Assembly (NCBI GenBank): GCA_020635905.1
Contig: JACJYV010000006.1
Span: forward strand, 24,060 to 88,059
DNA from: Bacteroidia bacterium
Lineage (GTDB): Bacteria; Bacteroidota; Bacteroidia; J057; JADKCL01
Reading direction: 5' to 3'
Length of the DNA: 64,000 nucleotides
This document shows positions 37,957 through 49,027 of this stretch, in pieces. Under the pieces are notes generated by a model. The model worked only from the letters and a program-made list of their open reading frames with translations. It had not been told where the DNA came from and ran no database searches. Made by a program: the position numbers and the translations under genes. How positions within the stretch are numbered: position 1 is the stretch's first letter; each line of letters starts with the position of its first letter.

Positions 37957-38667
37957 ATGGAAACAACAATACTGAAATCTACCCCCCAAAAAGCCGATCT
38001 GAGAAAGGTAGCATTACTCACTGGCAGCGCCATTGTGATCATGGCCGTAGTCGCAGGCTTGACCATGGGCCTGGTCTTTACCCCCATTTTTGAACTGAAT
38101 TCTGATTCATTTTCCACCCAATTTTCAGGGATGAAATCCGCCTTCCAACTGGGCATCCTGGGTTGGCTGGTGATTCTGATCTGTGATCTGGTCGCAAGTT
38201 GGGGACTGTTTCGGGTCTGGGAAGGTAAAAACAGGAAAAAATCTATGGCCATGGCCGCCTTTCGCCTCATTTACTCCCTCATTCTGCTGGTGGCTATTGG
38301 GCATTTGGTACTGGCTCTGGTAAATTTCACCCAGACTACGCCAGACTATGGCCAGATCTGGGAGCAAATCCTTGATTTTCAATCTATCTGGCAATTTGGC
38401 CTGATCCTTTTTGGGGTGCATTTGCTGTTGCTGGCTCCCCTGGTTTTTGAAAAAGGGTTTGTTCTGAAAGCTATCAGCATTCTGTTGTTCATTGCCGGGA
38501 TTGGATATGTGGCAAGCAATACGGCCGACCTGTTTATCGCTGATTACGAAGAAATTCGCTTCAAAGTGGAAGCAGTTTTCATGGCACCCATGGTGCTCGG
38601 GGAACTGGGGCTGGCCATTTGGCTGCTGGTGAAAGGGGGCAAAAAGTCAGATTTGACTACGAAATAA
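37957..38667 (+). CDS. DUF4386-like multi-pass membrane protein
   Basis: Several hydrophobic helices; C-terminal GELGLAIWLLVKG. Confidence 0.75.
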   Translation: METTILKSTPQKADLRKVALLTGSAIVIMAVVAGLTMGLVFTPIFELNSDSFSTQFSGMKSAFQLGILGWLVILICDLVASWGLFRVWEGKNRKKSMAMAAFRLIYSLILLVAIGHLVLALVNFTQTTPDYGQIWEQILDFQSIWQFGLILFGVHLLLLAPLVFEKGFVLKAISILLFIAGIGYVASNTADLFIADYEEIRFKVEAVFMAPMVLGELGLAIWLLVKGGKKSDLTTK

Positions 38668-39247
38668 TCCGTTTCCTGATTCTGCTCAGGGACTCGGCTG
38701 TCATACCCAGATAACTGGCAATCTGATGCAGGGGAACACGGTTGGAAAGGTCCTTGCGGGTCTCCATGAAATGCACATAGCGGTCGGCGGGGGAGGAAAG
38801 AATAAATCTTGCGTGATCCTCTTTGGAGCGATTCAAATCTTGCTCCAGCATGTGGCGGGTAATTTCTCTCAGTTCGGGAAACTCACGGTAATTGGCCTCA
38901 TCAATTTCCATATTTCCCGCGATCAAAAGGCAATCCTCCATGCACTCCAGGAAAAAAGGTGAAAGCGTTTGTTCGGTATAATGACGGGACGAAACGATCC
39001 CGTGAGTTTCCGTGTAAAACTCGGTTGTGCGTTCATTTCCGTCGATGAATTGATACTGACGCACCAGGCCCTTCAGGACAAAATAGCAATCCGCAGGCAC
39101 CTCCCCTTCCCGCACCAGAATGGTTCCGCGGGCTGGCGCAATCACGGGAATCATCTCCACCAACTTTGAAATCAGCACCTCATTCAGGGCTGGGAATCCA
39201 CATAGGAATTCGATCAATTGTTTTCTGGGAGAGGGATTCTGAGTCAT
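38657..39247 (-). CDS. Crp/Fnr family transcriptional regulator
   Basis: cNMP-binding region (FVLKGLVRQY); C-terminal HTH IASYLGMTAESLSRIR. Confidence 0.93.
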   Translation of the reverse strand: MTQNPSPRKQLIEFLCGFPALNEVLISKLVEMIPVIAPARGTILVREGEVPADCYFVLKGLVRQYQFIDGNERTTEFYTETHGIVSSRHYTEQTLSPFFLECMEDCLLIAGNMEIDEANYREFPELREITRHMLEQDLNRSKEDHARFILSSPADRYVHFMETRKDLSNRVPLHQIASYLGMTAESLSRIRKRIIS

Positions 39248-39507
39248 TTACGGGTGTTTTTTCTAAGGATAAGATTCGACCACTTTTATCAGACCTGCAA
39301 TTTGGACATTAAATTCTTCTTTCCTTTCACGAATTTTAAAAAAACCGCTCCACTGATATGTCAATAATTTTGCGAAGTCCGTTGAGAGGAATTTCTTTAT
39401 CCTGATTCAAGTTTTTCCTTCTCTCCTTATTATGCAATTACCTCCTTCAGGACACCATTCTATGGCTATCTTTCGTTGATTTTGGAAAAGAACCCAGTAA
39501 ACATTTG

Positions 39508-42222
39508 ATGAGACAGTTATTCTTACTCATTGCCCTGACTTTCAGCATTCTGCACGGCCAGGCGCAGTCCCTGCGCGTGGTGAAAGACAATATCGCCTGT
39601 GCCTACGGCCTCAAAAATGAGGCCGGCAAATGGGTGGTCCCCGCCTCCTATCCCCTGATTTCGACCACAATGGAAGGATATTTCTTGCCCAAAACAGAGC
39701 AGTTCATGGGCCTGCTGGCCCCCGACGGAAAGCAAATCCTTCCCCCTGAATATCTCTCCATCAGCCCGGCAGGCGGCAGATTTAATATCCTTTATCCCGA
39801 CCAAACTGGGGCCACAACCCCCAAAAAAATCAACATTCTGATGGTCAAAAAAGGGGAAAGGTATGGTCTTTACCACATTCAAAAGGCCCGTTGGATCGCA
39901 CCCATTGAGTATTACAGCATTCAAATGGATGGGAACGCAACCTTTATCCTCCAGGGCGCGCTGCCTGAAGAACAGTATGGGGTAATCACAACTTTTGTGG
40001 ACACCACAGGCAAGATCGTTTTTCCTCCCACCCGCGGCACCATCCTTCCCTTTGGAGACCGCCCACGCACCCTGATTGGCAATTACCGTGATTCTGAGGG
40101 AGTCAGGGGACATGCTGGCATCATCGACCGAAAAGGGAACCTCATTTGTGAGCGGAAATATGATCAGTTGCGCATTTGCGGGATGTATGGCATCGCAGCG
40201 AAGCTGGAGGAAAAAACGGGCAAAATCGACTGGGATGGCAAGGAATTGATTCCTCCCAGATATTTTATACCCCCCCTGCAATACTCGACCGAATCTATCT
40301 CCTGTCTCTATGGCGATGACCTGATAAAGATCAGTGAAAATAACCTTTGGGGCCTCATGCGCAATGATGGTACAGTGGTGATTGAACCCCAGTACGAATT
40401 TCTGGATAAAGTAAACGGATGGTACGCCAACCTTGAAAATTATGGTTGGAAAGTGAAGAAAAATGGCAAACACGGAACCGTTTCCCAGAAGGGAGCCTCC
40501 GTACTGGAAGCCAGGTACGACACCCTGGTGCGGTTGGTAACCCCGAAAAAAAGAGAATACTGGCAAGGTTATGAGGCCGCCCACGACCATTTTCTGGGTA
40601 AAAAAGATGGCAAATATGCCCTGATTGCAGGTACGGGAGGAGAAATCACCCCTTTCCAATATACTGCCTGGGGAGCCGCCACCTGGGGCCTGCCCAACCA
40701 TTATTTCCTGATGGACGGTTTGAAAGTTGATGCCTACGACCTCACCAGCCTGCCAGCACGACCTGTCAGGTCGGAATTGGTGGCTGATCAGGGAAAAATT
40801 GTCCTTTACCGAATTGAAAACCAGCTGATTCCCTTCCTATCCAAAGGGTCCGGACCCGATCGACGACTTTGTCACCATCCTGATTCCATTCAGTACCAGG
40901 GCTTTGGCAACACCCTGATCGTGCATTTATGGCCCAGATCGTATGTATTCAATGCCCTGGGCAAACCCACATTTCCCTTCGAAGTCATTTCATTCCAAAA
41001 AAATTTCGCCTCCATCATTCCCCTGGAAACCAGATCCCGCAACCAGGCTTTTATGAATTTGGCTTCAGGAAAAGTCTTCACGGATACAATTTATTGCGGG
41101 TTTGAACTTACCAAAGCACAGCTTCCCCACCTTTGGGTCTTGAAATCGGCCAAACTGAAGGAGCCCGAGGCGGGAAAATGGGTCATGATTGATACCACAG
41201 GAAAACAGGTTCTGCCTGGCGCGTATGATCAGCCTTTCTTACCCGGTGACACCATAAATTCTTATCAAAACGGACTGATTGGCAGGATGAGCACCCGGGA
41301 CATGAAATGGTTGATTCCGCCCCGCTTTCTAAAAATGGAATGGATTGGGGCCCATACCCTGCGGGTTACGGGCAAGGACAATCTGGAAGGCCTTTACACC
41401 TCAGACGGCAAAGAACTTGCACCTCCCATTTACGAATCCATTCTCCCCCTTTGCCATTTTTATCCCTTCTACCTGAACCAGAACAACAAATTCGACAGGA
41501 AGGGATGGTGGCAATTGAAAAAGGGAAATACAATCCAACTGATTTCAGGTACGGGTACCCTGATCAGCCAACCCGAAACGGTGACAAAAAAACTGATGGA
41601 CCTTACCTTTGAAGATGTGCCTGGAACTGAGCCCTACGACTGCAGGTTTTGTATAATGGTGGAAATGGCCGACAGTCTGAAACCCAACCTGAGAAAATCG
41701 CCTCAAAGGACCGCACTTTGGAAATTGATTATGGAACAAGGCAATTGCCTGCCGGTCGAAAAGAGCAATAATGCCCACGGACGGCCCAACCAACAAACAG
41801 CAAGGTTGGATTTTATTTCTGACCGCGCCTTTTCTGTCGCCTTTTACACACCATACAATGGTTTCGACATGGAAATGCCCGTTCCCGGGGCGGGAGTGAC
41901 CGTTTGGCACAACTATCTTTTGACTGACAAGGGATTGGTTCAGGTTTCTGCCCGGGATTTTTTTCCCGACCAGGCTGCTTTTCTGCGGGAATTTACCCGC
42001 ATTTTGCAATCCAGAGAAGACATTGACATGGGCTATTGCGCTGCGCCTGAGGTGTATCTGGAACAGGTGACCCGTGATTTTATCTTTTCAAGGGATGGCC
42101 TGATGCTCAAACTGGCACCTTCTGAAAGGACGTTTGGTTTTTATGACCTGCTGATCCCCTGGAGTAAATTGAGAGAATCAGAAGCTGGCAGACGAATGGC
42201 GGATTTTTTTCAGGGAAAGTAA
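39508..42222 (+). CDS. Secreted WG-repeat protein with a possible RsiV/DUF3298-like C-terminal domain
   Basis: Signal peptide; repeated (Y/W)G++...G..++P..Y motifs; C-terminus DFIFSRDGLML...LLIPWSKL. Confidence 0.7.
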   Translation: MRQLFLLIALTFSILHGQAQSLRVVKDNIACAYGLKNEAGKWVVPASYPLISTTMEGYFLPKTEQFMGLLAPDGKQILPPEYLSISPAGGRFNILYPDQTGATTPKKINILMVKKGERYGLYHIQKARWIAPIEYYSIQMDGNATFILQGALPEEQYGVITTFVDTTGKIVFPPTRGTILPFGDRPRTLIGNYRDSEGVRGHAGIIDRKGNLICERKYDQLRICGMYGIAAKLEEKTGKIDWDGKELIPPRYFIPPLQYSTESISCLYGDDLIKISENNLWGLMRNDGTVVIEPQYEFLDKVNGWYANLENYGWKVKKNGKHGTVSQKGASVLEARYDTLVRLVTPKKREYWQGYEAAHDHFLGKKDGKYALIAGTGGEITPFQYTAWGAATWGLPNHYFLMDGLKVDAYDLTSLPARPVRSELVADQGKIVLYRIENQLIPFLSKGSGPDRRLCHHPDSIQYQGFGNTLIVHLWPRSYVFNALGKPTFPFEVISFQKNFASIIPLETRSRNQAFMNLASGKVFTDTIYCGFELTKAQLPHLWVLKSAKLKEPEAGKWVMIDTTGKQVLPGAYDQPFLPGDTINSYQNGLIGRMSTRDMKWLIPPRFLKMEWIGAHTLRVTGKDNLEGLYTSDGKELAPPIYESILPLCHFYPFYLNQNNKFDRKGWWQLKKGNTIQLISGTGTLISQPETVTKKLMDLTFEDVPGTEPYDCRFCIMVEMADSLKPNLRKSPQRTALWKLIMEQGNCLPVEKSNNAHGRPNQQTARLDFISDRAFSVAFYTPYNGFDMEMPVPGAGVTVWHNYLLTDKGLVQVSARDFFPDQAAFLREFTRILQSREDIDMGYCAAPEVYLEQVTRDFIFSRDGLMLKLAPSERTFGFYDLLIPWSKLRESEAGRRMADFFQGK

Positions 42223-42282
42223 CGAAATATCTCCCCCCTGTGCATAAACGGATCATTTAGGGATCAGGATAGTTTCAGAATC

Positions 42283-43476
42283 TTAATCCCACTTCTTCTT
42301 CCTGTTTTTCAATGCTTTGACTGCGTCGTCCAACCCAGCAAGCGTAAGGGGAAACATTTTATTTTGAAATTCCTTTTTGAGCAGACCAATGCTGGGGGTA
42401 AAATCCCAATATTCGGGCGGAATGGGGTTAAGCCAGACCATGTCTTTGAAATGGTCTTTCATGCGGCGCAGCCAGACCAGGCCGGGTTCGTCGTTCCAGT
42501 GTTCCACGCTGCCTCCTGCATGGGTAATTTCATAAGTACCCATGGAAGCATCTCCCACAAAAATCACTTTATAATCGCTGTTGTAGGTATGCAAAACCTC
42601 CAAAGTGGGCGTACTTTCCGACCAACGGCGCACATTATCTTTCCAGACTGATTCATACAGGCAGTTGTGAAAGTAGAAGGATTCAATGTGTTTGAATTCG
42701 TATTTCGCCGCAGAAAACAGCCTGGCGCATATCTCAATGTGGTCGTCCATGGAGCCGCCAATGTCGAGCAGGAGCAGCACCTTGATGTTATTGCGCTTCT
42801 GCGGCACCATTTGCAAATCCAGATAACCTGCATTCTCCGAGGTTTTGCGAATGGTTTTATCCAGATCCAATTCGTCGGGGAGTCCCTCGCGGGTGAGGGC
42901 CCGCAGGCGTCTGAGGGCCATTTTCATGTTGCGGGTATCCAGCTCGACGGCATCGTCGAGGTTTTTGTACTGCCGTTTTTCCCACACTTTCATGGCCGAG
43001 CGATTGCCCCCTTCTCCCCCAATGCGAATCCCTTCGGGATTATAGCCGCTGTTGCCAAAGGGCGAAGTGCCACCCGTTCCAATCCAGCGATTGCCGCCTT
43101 CGTGCCGTTCTTTTTGCTCCTTCATCAACTGCTTCAGGCGTTCCATCAGCTTATCCAATCCCCCCATTTTCTTAATCAGGGCCTTCTCCTCTTCGGTCAG
43201 CATTTTCATTTTTTCCCGCCTGAGCCATTCCTCGGGAATCTTCATGAATTCTTCCGTGTTGATGGTCTCCAATCCCTCAAAATATTTCCCAAAAAGCACA
43301 TCAAAACGGTCCAGATGCTGCTCATGCTTGACCATTGAGGCCTTGCAGAGGAAGTAAAAATCTTCCACATTATATTCCACCACACCTTTTTCCAGCCCTT
43401 CGAGCAGGTCAAGGTATTCTTTGAGCGAGACGGGAATGCCGTCGTTTTTGAGGAGCAAAAAGAAATCAAGAAACAT
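42283..43476 (-). CDS. VWA-domain protein (CoxE-like) partner of a MoxR ATPase
   Basis: MIDAS LLDIGGSMD, YFHNC, FVGDASM and WLNP motifs. Confidence 0.9.
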   Translation of the reverse strand: MFLDFFLLLKNDGIPVSLKEYLDLLEGLEKGVVEYNVEDFYFLCKASMVKHEQHLDRFDVLFGKYFEGLETINTEEFMKIPEEWLRREKMKMLTEEEKALIKKMGGLDKLMERLKQLMKEQKERHEGGNRWIGTGGTSPFGNSGYNPEGIRIGGEGGNRSAMKVWEKRQYKNLDDAVELDTRNMKMALRRLRALTREGLPDELDLDKTIRKTSENAGYLDLQMVPQKRNNIKVLLLLDIGGSMDDHIEICARLFSAAKYEFKHIESFYFHNCLYESVWKDNVRRWSESTPTLEVLHTYNSDYKVIFVGDASMGTYEITHAGGSVEHWNDEPGLVWLRRMKDHFKDMVWLNPIPPEYWDFTPSIGLLKKEFQNKMFPLTLAGLDDAVKALKNRKKKWD

Positions 43477-43589
43477 AGCGAAGCTATTTTAGCACATAAT
43501 CAACTTGAGCACTCTTGGTTGAGAACGTGTCTCGCGATCTCTTTACCAACCATGCGGGCTCTCTGTGATCTCTGTGGTTCATTCATTAC

Positions 43590-44432
43590 CTATCTGAAAC
43601 GCTTTTGCGCGGCTGAAAGCCGCTGCAGGAGGCCGAAATCCTGCTCATTTTTGATCAGGGCGCCGGCATAAGGAGGCAATTCCTCCTTGAGATTAAAACC
43701 CGCGAGTTCCTCAGCAGCAATCTGGCCAATGACCAGCAATTTGATCCAATCCACCAATTCGCTGGTGGAAGGGCGCTTTTTGAGGCCGGGCATTTTGCGA
43801 ATTTCGTAGAAGATATCCATGGAAGATTCCATCAGCCTGGTTTCGAGGTCGGGATAATGAACCTCCACAATCTGGCGCAGAATTTCGCGGTCTGGAAAGG
43901 CGATGAAGTGGAAAAAACAACGGCGCAGAAAGGCGTCGGGCAGTTCCTTTTCATTATTTGAGGTAATAATCACAATGGGGCGTTGTTTGGCCTGCACAGT
44001 TTTCTGCAATTCATAGCAGTAAAATTCCATCTTATCCAGTTCCAGCAGGAGGTCATTGGGAAACTCAATGTCGGCCTTGTCAATCTCGTCGATCAGCAGC
44101 ACGACCTGTTCGTCTGAGTCAAATGCTTCCCATAATTTACCTTTCACAATGTAATTGGCGATGTCGTGGACCTTCTCTGAACCCAGTTGGGAGTCGCGCA
44201 GACGCGAAACTGCGTCATATTCATACAGGCCCTGCTGGGCCGTGGTGGTGGATTTGATGTGCCAGGTGATGATTTTCTTGCCCAGGGCTTTCGCCACTTC
44301 GAACGCGAGCATGGTTTTGCCCGTGCCTGGCTCGCCCTTTACCAGCAAGGGCCGTTGCAGCCGAACGGATGCATTGACGGCCACAGCCAAATCGCGGGAG
44401 GCTACATAATCCTGTGTTCCTTTAAATTCCAT
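43590..44432 (-). CDS. MoxR family AAA+ ATPase (CoxD-like)
   Basis: GEPGTGKT, LIDEIDKAD, TSNNEKELPDAFLRRC motifs. Confidence 0.93.
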   Translation of the reverse strand: MEFKGTQDYVASRDLAVAVNASVRLQRPLLVKGEPGTGKTMLAFEVAKALGKKIITWHIKSTTTAQQGLYEYDAVSRLRDSQLGSEKVHDIANYIVKGKLWEAFDSDEQVVLLIDEIDKADIEFPNDLLLELDKMEFYCYELQKTVQAKQRPIVIITSNNEKELPDAFLRRCFFHFIAFPDREILRQIVEVHYPDLETRLMESSMDIFYEIRKMPGLKKRPSTSELVDWIKLLVIGQIAAEELAGFNLKEELPPYAGALIKNEQDFGLLQRLSAAQKRFR

Positions 44433-44526
44433 GTGTTATTAATTGAAATTCTGCTTGTCTGATGTAATATGGTTAAAGTTAAGAAATTCAAATTTGTTCT
44501 GACCTGTCTAAAATTTTCCAAAACAC

Positions 44527-44565
44527 AAAAAAACCGGGCTCCGTTCAAACTGAACGAAAACCCGG
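44527..44565 (-). terminator. Probable intrinsic terminator of 44606-46576
   Basis: Interrupted stem CCGGG...CGTTCA/TGAACG...CCCGG followed on the minus strand by a U7 tract. Confidence 0.6.
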
Positions 44566-44605
44566 GAAAAGTGGTTGTGTTGGGTAAAAAAACGGTTAAA
44601 CCAGA

Positions 44606-46576
44606 TCAGAATTTTTGGATTCTTACCACCCTTTCACCCTGATGGATCAAAAAGCAACCCTGTGTAAGACCAGAAATATCCAATTGAACGCTATTTTCCA
44701 GCAGCGAAATGGGCTTTACCAGCCCTTTCACATCCCGGCCATGGAGGTCGGTAATTTTTATTTTATCCCAGTTCAATGATTCGCCTGCCAGGGTAAGCAA
44801 CCTCAGACTGGGGTTGGGAAAAGCCAGCAAAGCTGGCTCCAGACTGGTCTGAATGGAAATGGTTTCCACTTCTGAATAAACCATTTCTCCCGTAGACAGG
44901 ATCGCTTTCAGGCGGTAAAAATTCAATCCCTGAATTTCCCTTTCATCCGCGAAAGACCTGACTCCGTGGCCCAAATCCATCCAATTTTCCCCATCAGCCG
45001 ACCATTGCACCCCAAATCCGGGTTCTGTAGTGGGGAAAGGATTTTTCCATTGCAAATCCACCCTTCGGGTGGAAGGATCATACTCTGCCTCCAGGTCAAA
45101 ATGGCCCGAGGCCAGCGAGACATCAGGATTGAACTTGAGCACAAAGGCATCCAGCCCCCCTGCCGAAGTCATATACACCCCTCCGGGTCCGGGATCAAAA
45201 TCACCCGTCGAGGTAAAGCGACCCGAAGCGTAAATATTTCCATTTGCATTTACTGCGATGGCCCGGCCCACGGTTTCAAAAGAAGTGCCCATCATGCCTG
45301 CCCACAAAAGATTTCCCAAGGGATCGTAGCGTGCGATGAACATATTGTGAACTCCGTACCCATTCAAAAAGAAATTGCCCGGGCCGGGATCAAAATCCAC
45401 ACTGTCATTGAAATAGCCAGTAATGTAGGCATTGCCCAGAATATCCGTAGCCACACCTTCGGCCACGTCCACGTAGTTTGCACCAAAACCCAGCCCCCAG
45501 ACAAAATTGCCCCCATTGTCCAGTTTGACCAGAAAAACATCGTCACTTCCCTGCGAAAGGTGGGGAAACACGCCCGGTCCCGGGTCAAGGTCGGTCGTTC
45601 CGCGGAAAATTCCGGTCACCAAAATATTGCCGGCAGGATCAAGAGAAAGGCCGTTGGCCTCCTCCTTCATGGTCCCCCCAAAACTTACGGCAGCGACAAA
45701 ATTGCCTCCTGCATCCAGGTGGGTGACAAATACATCGTTTGAGCCTGCAGACGTGAGGGTAAAAGTGCCCGGACCCGGATCAAAATCGGCCGAAACGAAA
45801 TAGTGGCCTGTGATATATACATGACCCGCAGCATCTGCTTCAATACCGTAACCTTCGTTCCAGTTGGCCCCGGCGAAATTGCGGGCCCAGATAAAATTAC
45901 CGTTGGAACTGAGTTTCAACACAAAGGTATTATGGCCTCCCACGGAGGCAATGGAATTATTTCCCGGTCCCGGATCAAAATCCACCGTGCCCTCAAACCA
46001 GCCCGTAACCAGCACATTGCCAGACGGATCCAGACAAATCCTGTGCCCCTCGCAACGGTTGGTCCCGATCAGCGCTCTCGCCCAGATCAGGTTCCCATTT
46101 GGGTCAAGTTTGACCACCAATCCGTCCTTATAAGCAGTAGGACCAAAATTCAAAACTCCCGGACCGGGATCCATATCCCCTGTACCCTGAAAAACACCTG
46201 CAATGTAGCTGTTGCCACCCCCATCGGTCACAATATCGTATGCAGAGCAGATTGAAGGGCCATATCCCAGTTGTTTGGCCCATACAAAGGCACCTGATGC
46301 GTCCAGTTTGGACACATAAATATCAGAGGAAGTGGCGGCAGTCATGTTGAAAGTGCCCGGGCCCGGATCAAAATCTGCAGTAGCACGAAAACTACCCGTG
46401 GAAAACACGTTTCCCGCTCCATCCACGGCCACGCCAAAAGCCTCCTGGGTATCGCCCCCGCCCATGCGTCTCGCCCAGTCCAGAGTTTGGCCCTGGAGGC
46501 CCGAATTACAAAAAAACACAGCCAGCAGCAGCCATTGAACTAAAAATTTCCCACTATCAGGAACGATTCGCTTCAT
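44606..46576 (-). CDS. SBBP beta-propeller repeat protein with T9SS C-terminal domain
   Basis: Signal peptide; seven D(F/M/L)DPGPG repeats; C-terminal AFPNPS...RIQKF. Confidence 0.88.
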   Translation of the reverse strand: MKRIVPDSGKFLVQWLLLAVFFCNSGLQGQTLDWARRMGGGDTQEAFGVAVDGAGNVFSTGSFRATADFDPGPGTFNMTAATSSDIYVSKLDASGAFVWAKQLGYGPSICSAYDIVTDGGGNSYIAGVFQGTGDMDPGPGVLNFGPTAYKDGLVVKLDPNGNLIWARALIGTNRCEGHRICLDPSGNVLVTGWFEGTVDFDPGPGNNSIASVGGHNTFVLKLSSNGNFIWARNFAGANWNEGYGIEADAAGHVYITGHYFVSADFDPGPGTFTLTSAGSNDVFVTHLDAGGNFVAAVSFGGTMKEEANGLSLDPAGNILVTGIFRGTTDLDPGPGVFPHLSQGSDDVFLVKLDNGGNFVWGLGFGANYVDVAEGVATDILGNAYITGYFNDSVDFDPGPGNFFLNGYGVHNMFIARYDPLGNLLWAGMMGTSFETVGRAIAVNANGNIYASGRFTSTGDFDPGPGGVYMTSAGGLDAFVLKFNPDVSLASGHFDLEAEYDPSTRRVDLQWKNPFPTTEPGFGVQWSADGENWMDLGHGVRSFADEREIQGLNFYRLKAILSTGEMVYSEVETISIQTSLEPALLAFPNPSLRLLTLAGESLNWDKIKITDLHGRDVKGLVKPISLLENSVQLDISGLTQGCFLIHQGERVVRIQKF

Positions 46577-46921
46577 CTTGCCTCAGTTTTACCCCGCACA
46601 GGGACTTAAAAATTCCTTTGGATTGAACAAAAATGATTCCCTGCAAAAGAAAAAGTACGGGTGAATGAACCAACAGCAGGTTTGGCCCTATGAAAGACAG
46701 GTACGGCTTAACGACCGGCAAGTGACCGTTTCCCTGAAATCCCACAAGACCCGTTTTTCACATATTTGAGCAGAGAATTATGAAAAAAACTTCCCGTTTA
46801 TGGTTTCTCTCCCCGTTTTATTGAAACTTAGCAACCTTTTAAAAATTTAAAGGGTTCTATTACGTTGTAAATTTGTTTAACTTTAATCGCAGGCCTAAAA
46901 CGGCAAACTATTGATAAGAAA

Positions 46922-49015
46922 ATGATGAGATCCAGATACACCGCCGCAATTCTCGCCATCCTGTTTTTCACTTTGGTTTCCTGGAATTTTGTAACCGGGG
47001 AAAAGGGCGAATTACTAATTAATCTGATTCTGCAAGGCCTTGACAGCAACCATTATACCGCCCTGCAAATTGACGATAAGTTCTCTGAAGACGTCTATGA
47101 CATGTACGTGGATCGTCTGGATGTGAGCAAACGTTTCCTGTTGAAAGAGGACGTGAAAAAAATGGAATTTTACCGCAAGCAGATTGACGACGAGATCAAA
47201 GTGGCCAGCTATGACTTTTTTGAACTGTCTGAGAAATTGCTGGTCATGCGCACCAAAGCCGCGGAAAAATACTGGCAGGATATTCTGGCCAAGCCGTTTG
47301 ACTTCACGATCAAAGAAGATTATGAAACGGATGCCGAGAAAATGGGCTATGCCAAAGACGAAAAAGAGTTGAAAGACCGCTGGCGCAAAGCTCTCAAATG
47401 GCAAACCATGCAGCGCCTGATCGACATCATGGAAGTGCAGGAAAAAGCGATTGAGGACAATGACACCAGCGTGACCCGGCTTTCTGCAGTGGAAATGGAA
47501 GAAAAAGCCCGCGAAAAAGTGCGCAAATCCCACGAAGACTGGTTCCGTCGCCTCAATAAACTCGACACAGACGATCACCGCGCCACTTACCTCAATTGTG
47601 TGGCCAACGTTTACGACCCGCATACGGGCTATTTTCCGCCTGAAGACAAAGCCAATTTTGACATCAACCTTTCAGGGCGTTTGGAAGGAATTGGAGCAAC
47701 TCTTCAGGAAAAAGCTGGCTACGTCACGGTCAATCGAATTGTGCCAGGCTCGGCCTGCTACCGCCAGGGACAACTGGAAGTGGAGGATGTGATCCTCAAG
47801 GTGGCTCAGGGAGCAGCTGAACCCGTGGACGTGGTGGACATGCAACTGGATGATGTGGTGAAGTTGATTCGCGGCAAAAAGGGCTCAGAAGTACGGCTGA
47901 CGGTCAAAAAAGAGGATGGAACCATCATGGTGATTCCCATTATCCGTGATGTTGTGATTTTGGAAGAAACTTATGCAAAATCCGCGACCCTCAAATCTGA
48001 TAATTACGAAGGCAAAATTGGCTATATCAATTTGCCCAAATTTTACGCGGATTTCCAGAACAAGGATGGCCGCCAGTGTGCCATTGACGTGGCCACTGAG
48101 ATCGAAAAACTGAAGGGAGAAGGCATTCAGTCCCTGATTTTTGACCTGCGTAATAACGGAGGTGGCTCCCTCAACGACGTGGTGACAATGTCGGGACTGT
48201 TTATTGAAACGGGACCCATCGTGCAGGTGAACAACCGCAATGGCAAGCCCCAGATCATGCGTGACCGCGACCCATCTGTGCAGTACGATGGTCCTATGGT
48301 GATTCTGGTTAATGAATTCAGCGCTTCTGCTTCTGAAATCATGGCCGCAGCTATGCAGGATTATCACCGCGCGGTGATCGTGGGATCGCCTCAAACGTAC
48401 GGCAAAGGAACTGTACAGCGCTTTTTTGACCTGGATCGCATGGTTGCATCTGGCGCAGACGAACTCAAACCTTTGGGTTCGGTCAAACTGACCACCCAGA
48501 AGTTTTACCGGATCAACGGGGGCAGCACCCAACTCAAGGGCGTAGCTTCTGACATTGTGATCCCGGACATTTTCTCAAAGCTGGAAGTCGGCGAAAAGGA
48601 ACTGGAACACGTGATGCCCTGGGATGAAATCGCACCCGTTAGCTTCAATAAATGGAATGCGAAGTGGGATGCCAAAGAGCTGGCCCGCAGGAGCGCAGAA
48701 AGGATTAAAAATAATCCCCTTTTCGCCACCGTGGAAGAGCAATCAGACATTCGCAAAGCGAATTCTGATCAATCTGTCTATTCCCTGCATCTTGAAACTT
48801 ATCGCAAGGAAATGGAGATTCGAAATAAGCAGGCCGAAGAGTTGAAAGAGGCTTCCAAGCCCATTGACGGACTCGATCCCGCTTCTCTGCTGGTGGATAT
48901 TGAAGCCATGGGTACGGATACGGTCAAGACCAAGCTGGCTGAGAAATGGCGCGCCAACCTGAAAAAGGATGCGTACATCTACGAAGCCTGCGCCATCCTG
49001 CAGGACATGAAGTAA
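46922..49015 (+). CDS. prc: Carboxy-terminal processing protease (Prc/Tsp, S41A)
   Basis: YDPHTGYF, PDZ GIGATL, DLRNNGGGSL, SASASEI, TYGKGTVQ and TQKFYRINGGSTQ motifs. Confidence 0.93.
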   Translation: MMRSRYTAAILAILFFTLVSWNFVTGEKGELLINLILQGLDSNHYTALQIDDKFSEDVYDMYVDRLDVSKRFLLKEDVKKMEFYRKQIDDEIKVASYDFFELSEKLLVMRTKAAEKYWQDILAKPFDFTIKEDYETDAEKMGYAKDEKELKDRWRKALKWQTMQRLIDIMEVQEKAIEDNDTSVTRLSAVEMEEKAREKVRKSHEDWFRRLNKLDTDDHRATYLNCVANVYDPHTGYFPPEDKANFDINLSGRLEGIGATLQEKAGYVTVNRIVPGSACYRQGQLEVEDVILKVAQGAAEPVDVVDMQLDDVVKLIRGKKGSEVRLTVKKEDGTIMVIPIIRDVVILEETYAKSATLKSDNYEGKIGYINLPKFYADFQNKDGRQCAIDVATEIEKLKGEGIQSLIFDLRNNGGGSLNDVVTMSGLFIETGPIVQVNNRNGKPQIMRDRDPSVQYDGPMVILVNEFSASASEIMAAAMQDYHRAVIVGSPQTYGKGTVQRFFDLDRMVASGADELKPLGSVKLTTQKFYRINGGSTQLKGVASDIVIPDIFSKLEVGEKELEHVMPWDEIAPVSFNKWNAKWDAKELARRSAERIKNNPLFATVEEQSDIRKANSDQSVYSLHLETYRKEMEIRNKQAEELKEASKPIDGLDPASLLVDIEAMGTDTVKTKLAEKWRANLKKDAYIYEACAILQDMK

Positions 49016-49027
49016 GCGGGAAAGGGC

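Noticed and set aside
43561-43579. CTCTGTGATCTCTGTGG short repeat as a mobile element
   Set aside because: Single short occurrence of a common intergenic motif, with no associated gene or ends
42283-44432. CO dehydrogenase (cox) system
   Set aside because: Only the generic MoxR/VWA pair is present, with no coxLMS in the window
46650-46735. Possible LytTR-type repeats or riboswitch upstream of the SBBP gene
   Set aside because: Repeats (GACCG x2, TGAATGAAC) are too short and no riboswitch consensus is recognisable
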